Below are positions 58,818-64,000 of a stretch of 64,000 nt of DNA, piece by piece. The stretch covers positions 277,733 through 341,732 of the forward strand of contig CAVQUB010000032.1 in NCBI GenBank assembly GCA_963716725.1. Reading direction: 5' to 3'. Numbering within the stretch: position 1 is the stretch's first letter; each line of letters begins with the position of its first letter. This DNA comes from an uncultured delta proteobacterium (lineage in GTDB: Bacteria > Myxococcota_A > Polyangia > Polyangiales > Polyangiaceae). The translations under genes were made by a program, and so were the position numbers. The notes under the pieces are model-generated. The model ran no database searches. It was not told the DNA's origin and saw only the letters and a list, made by a program, of their open reading frames with translations.

Positions 58818-59717
58818 ATGCGGATCCTCCGTGCCACCTGTGTTGCCGCTTTTGCCATCTCCGTCGGCGCTTGCGACCGTGCGACGGGTTCGGCGGGGGA
58901 CGCCGCAGCCGGCGCCTCCGCTGCCCCGAGTGCCGCCCCGAGCGCGTCGGCGCCGCCCGTCACGAACTCGACGCCCTTCTCCGAGGACGCGGTCCGCGGA
59001 CACGTCAATCCCAAGAACGAGCAGCCCTACCGCGGGCCGACCGGAACGGTGCGCGGCGTGGTGACCATCAAGGGCGATCAGCCGCCCGCCCTGACCGAGG
59101 TCACGGAGAAGATCCCGGACAAGTGCAAGGGCGCACGCAACGTTTACGGACGTCTCTTTCGCGAAGGCATGGTCCGCAGTCTCGCAGATGTGCTCGTCAC
59201 GGTGACGGAGTACCAGGGCTTCGTTCCAGCCAAGGGCGAGGCCGTGACCCTCGACACCGAGGGCTGCGCCTTCCCGAGCCGCACCATCGCGGTGACCTAT
59301 GGGCAACGCATCGACGTTCGCAGCAAGGACGGCGAGGCCTACGTGCCCAAGCTGATGGGGGGACAGATGCGCGCCGACATGATCGCCGTTCCCGGTGGCT
59401 CGGCGGTGAAGCTCTATCCGCATATTCCGGGGCGCTACACGCTCATCGATCAGATGCACCTGTTCATGACCGCGGACGTCTTCGTGCTCAAGTACTCGAC
59501 CTTCGACATCACCGGCCTCGATGGCAAGTTCGAGATCACCGGTGTGCCGGTGGGCGAAGTGGCCGTGAACGCGCTCTTGCCGATCACCGTGGCGACCACT
59601 CAGAAGAAGGTGAAGGTCGAGGCGGACAAGGTCACGGAGGTCAACCTCGAGCTGACCTTCGACAAGAAGAAGGATCTACCGGAGCCGCCCAAGAAGCCGA
59701 AGATCGTGATCCACTAG
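58818..59717 (+). CDS. Lipoprotein with cupredoxin-like / carboxypeptidase-regulatory-like domains
   Basis: Lipobox VGAC; GTVRGVV, GC.F, H.FM, TG.DGKFEITGVPVG. Confidence 0.7.
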   Translation: MRILRATCVAAFAISVGACDRATGSAGDAAAGASAAPSAAPSASAPPVTNSTPFSEDAVRGHVNPKNEQPYRGPTGTVRGVVTIKGDQPPALTEVTEKIPDKCKGARNVYGRLFREGMVRSLADVLVTVTEYQGFVPAKGEAVTLDTEGCAFPSRTIAVTYGQRIDVRSKDGEAYVPKLMGGQMRADMIAVPGGSAVKLYPHIPGRYTLIDQMHLFMTADVFVLKYSTFDITGLDGKFEITGVPVGEVAVNALLPITVATTQKKVKVEADKVTEVNLELTFDKKKDLPEPPKKPKIVIH

Positions 59718-59833
59718 CGGGAAGCGGGATTTACAGGAAGGCGGGAAGGGGGATCGTCCACGAAGCGCGCGCACGCGCGCGTCTCCATCGAGCCACCGGG
59801 ATGATGCCTCGATCGCGGCAGAGGCCGAATAGC

Positions 59834-60511
59834 TCACTTTCCCGGGCGCTTGCCCTTCTTCGGTTTTGCCGCGTGCCGACGCTTCGCCTTCTGCTTGGCC
59901 TGAGGCGCCACGCTCACGAGCTCCCGAAGTCCAGAGACAAGCTTCTTGAACGACGGCGAACGGCTTCGCTTCGGCTGCACAGTCAGCTTCGGCCCCATGG
60001 TCTCGGCCCAGGCCACTTTGTTCAGGCCTCCGTCGTCGATCACCTCTCCAAAGAGTTCAGCTGTGCTGCAGATCGAGTCCGGTACGTAGCTTCTGGCCTT
60101 CTTGGCGTCGTGATTAGGGTATGCGTTTCGGAGTGCGGCAAGGTCTCCAAGATAGAAAGCCTCCAGCTCTTCGATCGCGATGCGGAACAACACCTTCGGC
60201 GGACGCTCGATTTGCGCCAAGAGTTCGAGCATGCGCTTCTTCAGGTCCACGCAGGATTCGTTGTCCGCGTCGACCAGCACCAGGACGCGATCCGTATCGG
60301 AGTCGAACTCTTTGCCGAAGGCTCGCAGTTTCGACGGAAGCTGGTCTAAGAGACCGCGACGCGACGGCGCAACGGTCTCACCGGGCCCTGGGAGCCTGCC
60401 CTTGCCTTGGTGCGGGTAGGCCTTTAGCTCGTGGCCTCGCAACAGACGTGGTGCCCATGCCTCGACGAACGCGGCCTCCGAGGGTCCCTCGACGAGCACA
60501 TGGACCTTCAT
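59834..60511 (-). CDS. DUF4276-like (TOPRIM-like) protein
   Basis: VLVEGPSE, VLVDAD, ELEAFYLGD, SPSF; overlaps the ATPase stop (ATGA). Confidence 0.75.
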   Translation of the reverse strand: MKVHVLVEGPSEAAFVEAWAPRLLRGHELKAYPHQGKGRLPGPGETVAPSRRGLLDQLPSKLRAFGKEFDSDTDRVLVLVDADNESCVDLKKRMLELLAQIERPPKVLFRIAIEELEAFYLGDLAALRNAYPNHDAKKARSYVPDSICSTAELFGEVIDDGGLNKVAWAETMGPKLTVQPKRSRSPSFKKLVSGLRELVSVAPQAKQKAKRRHAAKPKKGKRPGK

Positions 60512-61728
60512 CGCGCGCGCTCGTCGAAGTGCCGGCTGTACCAGAGGGAGCCGAGCGGGAGTCCCTCATCCGAGAGCGCCTTGACCTGCGGCAGTTGGGC
60601 CGTGCACACGACTTCGCAAGCGCCGGAACCGTTCCTTCGCATGATCCACACCTGCTCAGGTCGGAGTGCGTCGACGAAATAGGGTGAGTGGGTTGTCACG
60701 AGGATTTGTGTGCCGCCTTTCTTGCGCGCGGCGTGTTCGTTGAGTTGCCGTGCGAGGCGCTCCACGAGCTCCACGTAGAGCCCGTTCTCAGGCTCTTCAA
60801 TCCCGATGAAAGGTCGGGGCTCCGGGTCGGCAAGGAGCACTGAATAGGCGACCATCTTCAGCGTGCCGTCGGACATGCTGTGCTGGTAGAATGGGTCCAC
60901 GTAGCCGGCCTCGTCGAAGCGCAAGAGCAGCCGTTTGTCTTCACCCACCTTGGGCGTGATCTTCTTCAGGCCTGGGATCGACTCGGCCACCCTCTTGAGG
61001 ATGTCGGCGAACTCCTTCGGATATTGGCGCTTGAAGTACTGCAGGACGTTGCCGACATTGGACCCCGTGCGGTCCAACCACCGTTGTGCCCCGGCGGGAG
61101 GCAGTGTTCGAGCTGCATCTGGAACGAAGTACGAGAGGTACCACTGCTCGATGTAGGTTCGCAGGGCCACGATTCGGGGATGACCCGACAGATTTCCCAG
61201 CGTGCCAACCGCCAACCGTGTCGGGTCGGCGAGTGCAATCCTCTCCGACCGTTTGTCCGTGTCGGTCTCATCGTAGTCGCCAGCCCAAACCTTGCCCCGG
61301 CCTCGCTTCAACTTGAGGAAGTAGTATGGCTTGCCGCGGGACTCTGCTTTCCTTCGCTGCCGCAGGGTCTCGCTCACGACCACGGGCACGCCCTCGGCCA
61401 CCCCGATGTCAACCGTGTACGCAATCGGTCGCATGGGGTCCCCGGCATCGAAGAACAGCTCGAACGCGATGGGCTCTGAGGTGCCCTGTGTGCGAAGGCG
61501 GTCGAAGCCGCCTCTCGCGGGTTTGTCGCAAGCGGTCTCGACGCCTTCGAGCAGGCAATCGGCGAGGAAGCCGAATGCATCGAGGAGGGTGGACTTGCCG
61601 GATCCGTTGGGTCCGATGAAACATGAGAGCTGGGGCAGTGGTTCACCCTCTGCGTATTTCGTCTGGCCAACCGCAACGTCGGCGAGAGCGCGGTAGTTCT
61701 TGATGCGAATGCCCAGCAGTCTTGCCAT
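60508..61728 (-). CDS. ABC/AAA_21-type ATPase
   Basis: Walker A GPNGSGKST, signature MSDGT, Walker B IGIEEPENGL, H-loop TTHSP; no TM partner. Confidence 0.9.
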   Translation of the reverse strand: MARLLGIRIKNYRALADVAVGQTKYAEGEPLPQLSCFIGPNGSGKSTLLDAFGFLADCLLEGVETACDKPARGGFDRLRTQGTSEPIAFELFFDAGDPMRPIAYTVDIGVAEGVPVVVSETLRQRRKAESRGKPYYFLKLKRGRGKVWAGDYDETDTDKRSERIALADPTRLAVGTLGNLSGHPRIVALRTYIEQWYLSYFVPDAARTLPPAGAQRWLDRTGSNVGNVLQYFKRQYPKEFADILKRVAESIPGLKKITPKVGEDKRLLLRFDEAGYVDPFYQHSMSDGTLKMVAYSVLLADPEPRPFIGIEEPENGLYVELVERLARQLNEHAARKKGGTQILVTTHSPYFVDALRPEQVWIMRRNGSGACEVVCTAQLPQVKALSDEGLPLGSLWYSRHFDERAR

Positions 61729-61891
61729 CACGCGTCTCGCGGCTCCTGGCCGCGCCTCACTCTGTCGCTTCGTCCAGCTCAGACGATAGCCAACCGCCTC
61801 GCCCTCGTCATCCGAAGTGGGGGCTTTCTTCTCGCCACAATCCGTGGGAAGGCGGGAAGGCGGGAAGAAGGGGACCTCGAAGGCGAGGGCT

Positions 61892-62536
61892 TCAACGACT
61901 CGGCGGCCCGAAGGTCAGCGTGACCGCGACGCCGAGCTGAGCCACGGCGTCGACGCCCGGGGACGGCGGCGGCGCTGGATCCGGGCCAGCGCCATACCGC
62001 GACCCGCGGTTCTGGGGCGCGAAGTTGAAATGCGCGCGCGGGCCGACCTTCAGGTGGTCGAGCACGAAAACGTCGAAGCCAGCGCCCGCGCCGAAGCCGA
62101 TCGTGTTGACCAAGATCGAGAGTTCGAGCCACGGTTCGAAGCGTGAGCGGTCGGTGAAATAGGGGCGGGCCGCCAGCCCTAGGAACATCGCCTCGGCGCT
62201 GCGCGCTCTCCGCCCCTCGGGCTGCCAGCGAAACCTCGAGTAGTCGACCACGAAGCCCCAAGCGAAGCTCGGCGTGGCCCGAACCAGCGCCGTGGCGCCG
62301 GCGGCGTAGCCCCAGGTCTGCACCCCTTCACAGGGTTCGTCGCAACGCGCGAGTTGGGCGCCACCGCCGTGCGCGGCAAGCTCGACCCAGCGCCGTGGGA
62401 ACGCGCGCGGCTCCCGCTCGGGGTGCACCACCACCGGACGCAGCTGTCCTCCGTGGGGGATCACGAAGCGCGTTGCGTGCGCGGGAACCGAAATCCCGAG
62501 GACGATCAAGGCCGCAGGCCAAAGTTCGGATCGCAT
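61892..62536 (-). CDS. Probable small outer-membrane beta-barrel protein
   Basis: Signal peptide ending AHA; alternating-residue beta strands. Confidence 0.6.
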   Translation of the reverse strand: MRSELWPAALIVLGISVPAHATRFVIPHGGQLRPVVVHPEREPRAFPRRWVELAAHGGGAQLARCDEPCEGVQTWGYAAGATALVRATPSFAWGFVVDYSRFRWQPEGRRARSAEAMFLGLAARPYFTDRSRFEPWLELSILVNTIGFGAGAGFDVFVLDHLKVGPRAHFNFAPQNRGSRYGAGPDPAPPPSPGVDAVAQLGVAVTLTFGPPSR

Positions 62537-62544
62537 GGTCCCGT

Positions 62545-64000
62545 TCAGTTCTGCGGCTTCGCCACCAGATCGAGCTTGGCGAGCTCGAGCCGGAGCACGC
62601 GCCGGACGATGAACGAGCCGTCAGCAGACTCTTGGTCTGCGTAATAGAGGTGCGTCGGCGTGAGGGTCCAAGCGTCGGCGTGGATGCGATGACCTGGCTC
62701 GGCATCGAGCCGCCAGAGCTTTCCGGTCGAGGTGTTCATGATCAGGAAATACGCGCTGCCGTCGAGCACGCCCGCGTCGTCGTGGATGCCCAGCACCACG
62801 GCGACGTGAGCGCCCCAGCCGCGGAGCGGTGCCAGCTTCAACGGCGCAAATGCACCGCCCGGGAGGTCGGGGCCGAGGGTGACTCCCGGGCCCGACGAGT
62901 CGTACTTGCGCGGGGACCACCAAAATCTCGCCTTCGTCGCGGCGGGAGGCGTACCGCAGCCACCGCCATCCAACGCGATGCCGGTGATGTTCGTCGGCGT
63001 CACACCGAGCACGCACGTGCCCGGCGGCGCCGGATCGATCAGCGTTCGCACCCCCTTGCCGTCCGGTGCCCAGCCGCGGACGCGCACGGGACCAGAGGGC
63101 GGGTGGTCCGTCCACACCGCGAGATCGCCCTCGCCCGCGCCGTGATCGGACTTCGACGGCGTCTCCAGGGGGGTCCATTGCGTCACCTTGGGATCGAGCA
63201 GGGCCCACACGCCGCCCTTCCCGGTCATGAGCATCGCGCCGCCGAGCGCGTCGATGTCGAACTCGACCAGCCCGACCGGCTGGGTGGACTGGAGCTTTGC
63301 TGGAAGCGACCAGACCCACTGGCCTCCGGCGATGGGCGCGACCACGCGCATCTCGCTCCCGGGCTCGCCGCCACTGAGCACGTTCGCGCGCGCGCTCTCT
63401 CCGCCGTTGCCGAAGACGCAGGTAGCGAACTCCTGGTCGTTGGGTTTGTTGCGCCCATTGAGCGCACCCATCGTGACGCCATCGTCGAGGCGGACGACGC
63501 GCCGAAGATAGTGCCAGACGGTTGGCGTGTTCAGCCACAGATCGTGCGTGAGGAACGCCCTCGCTCCTCCTTGGACATGGTGAGTGCTCGCGGTCGGAAG
63601 GGCGCTCTGTGATCCGTAACCCTGGACCAAATCCGCCACCTCGCATCCAGCTCCGCAGGCCTTCCAGTCGAGCTTCGGAAACCCGAGCCCGCCCTCGAGC
63701 GCCTCGTACACCGTGCATCGCGGCTGCGTGAACTCCGTGCCTGGGACGAGCTTCCACGCGCTCGGATCGTCGAGCCACGCCTGCTCGGGAGGAAGCCCCG
63801 AGTCGCCGGCGATCCCCCCGCTCCCCCCGCCGCCCGCGGGCGCGTCGGAGGTCGCTCCTCCCCCGCTCGGGGCGTCCGGTTTCGCGCCGCCGCCGGAGGC
63901 GTCGAGCGCGGCGTCCGCGCCGCCCTGCCCCCGGGGACCGCCGGACTCGCTGTCACAGGCCCCGCACCGGAGCAGGACCAGCGCAGCGAGCCCCACGACC
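62545..64000 (-). CDS. Hypothetical lipoprotein (start at or beyond the window end)
   Basis: CGAC after a hydrophobic stretch; Gly-rich linker; Trp/Cys-containing beta-rich body; 483+ aa open frame. Confidence 0.65.
   Translation of the reverse strand, partial: VVGLAALVLLRCGACDSESGGPRGQGGADAALDASGGGAKPDAPSGGGATSDAPAGGGGSGGIAGDSGLPPEQAWLDDPSAWKLVPGTEFTQPRCTVYEALEGGLGFPKLDWKACGAGCEVADLVQGYGSQSALPTASTHHVQGGARAFLTHDLWLNTPTVWHYLRRVVRLDDGVTMGALNGRNKPNDQEFATCVFGNGGESARANVLSGGEPGSEMRVVAPIAGGQWVWSLPAKLQSTQPVGLVEFDIDALGGAMLMTGKGGVWALLDPKVTQWTPLETPSKSDHGAGEGDLAVWTDHPPSGPVRVRGWAPDGKGVRTLIDPAPPGTCVLGVTPTNITGIALDGGGCGTPPAATKARFWWSPRKYDSSGPGVTLGPDLPGGAFAPLKLAPLRGWGAHVAVVLGIHDDAGVLDGSAYFLIMNTSTGKLWRLDAEPGHRIHADAWTLTPTHLYYADQESADGSFIVRRVLRLELAKLDLVAKPQN

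Overview
High-GC chromosomal segment whose gene content points to a myxobacterium (Myxococcota, probably Polyangiales; inferred from a MXAN_5187-family protein, an FHA-GAF-sigma54 activator, a TSP3-OmpA protein, a split nuo operon and a Myxococcus-type LexA box). It is mostly core genes: kbl-tdh, lepB, gpsA, cystathionine beta-synthase, rlmM, trxB, family 4 UDG, lexA, exbB/exbD/tonB, acyl-CoA dehydrogenases, ychF and nuoEFJKLMN, plus many lipoproteins and a well-supported 6S RNA. Many conserved genes carry single-base frameshifts in patches, most likely long-read assembly errors. The most unusual region is 28.1-30.0 kb. It holds two identical four-helix-bundle (Avd/23S rRNA IVP-like) genes embedded in three (GGGGTC)n arrays. 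Upstream of the second copy is a 335-bp transposase-less element with IS21-like ends and an exact 8-bp target-site duplication, and the first copy preserves the empty site. Other points of interest: a stand-alone PglZ-like protein divergent from the 6S RNA, a methyltransferase gene inserted between ~50-bp direct repeats, an ABC-ATPase + DUF4276/TOPRIM-like pair, a NuoL with a PKD-like C-terminal extension, and a structured 5' leader on an RRM gene. All family assignments come from motif recognition by eye, not database searches.
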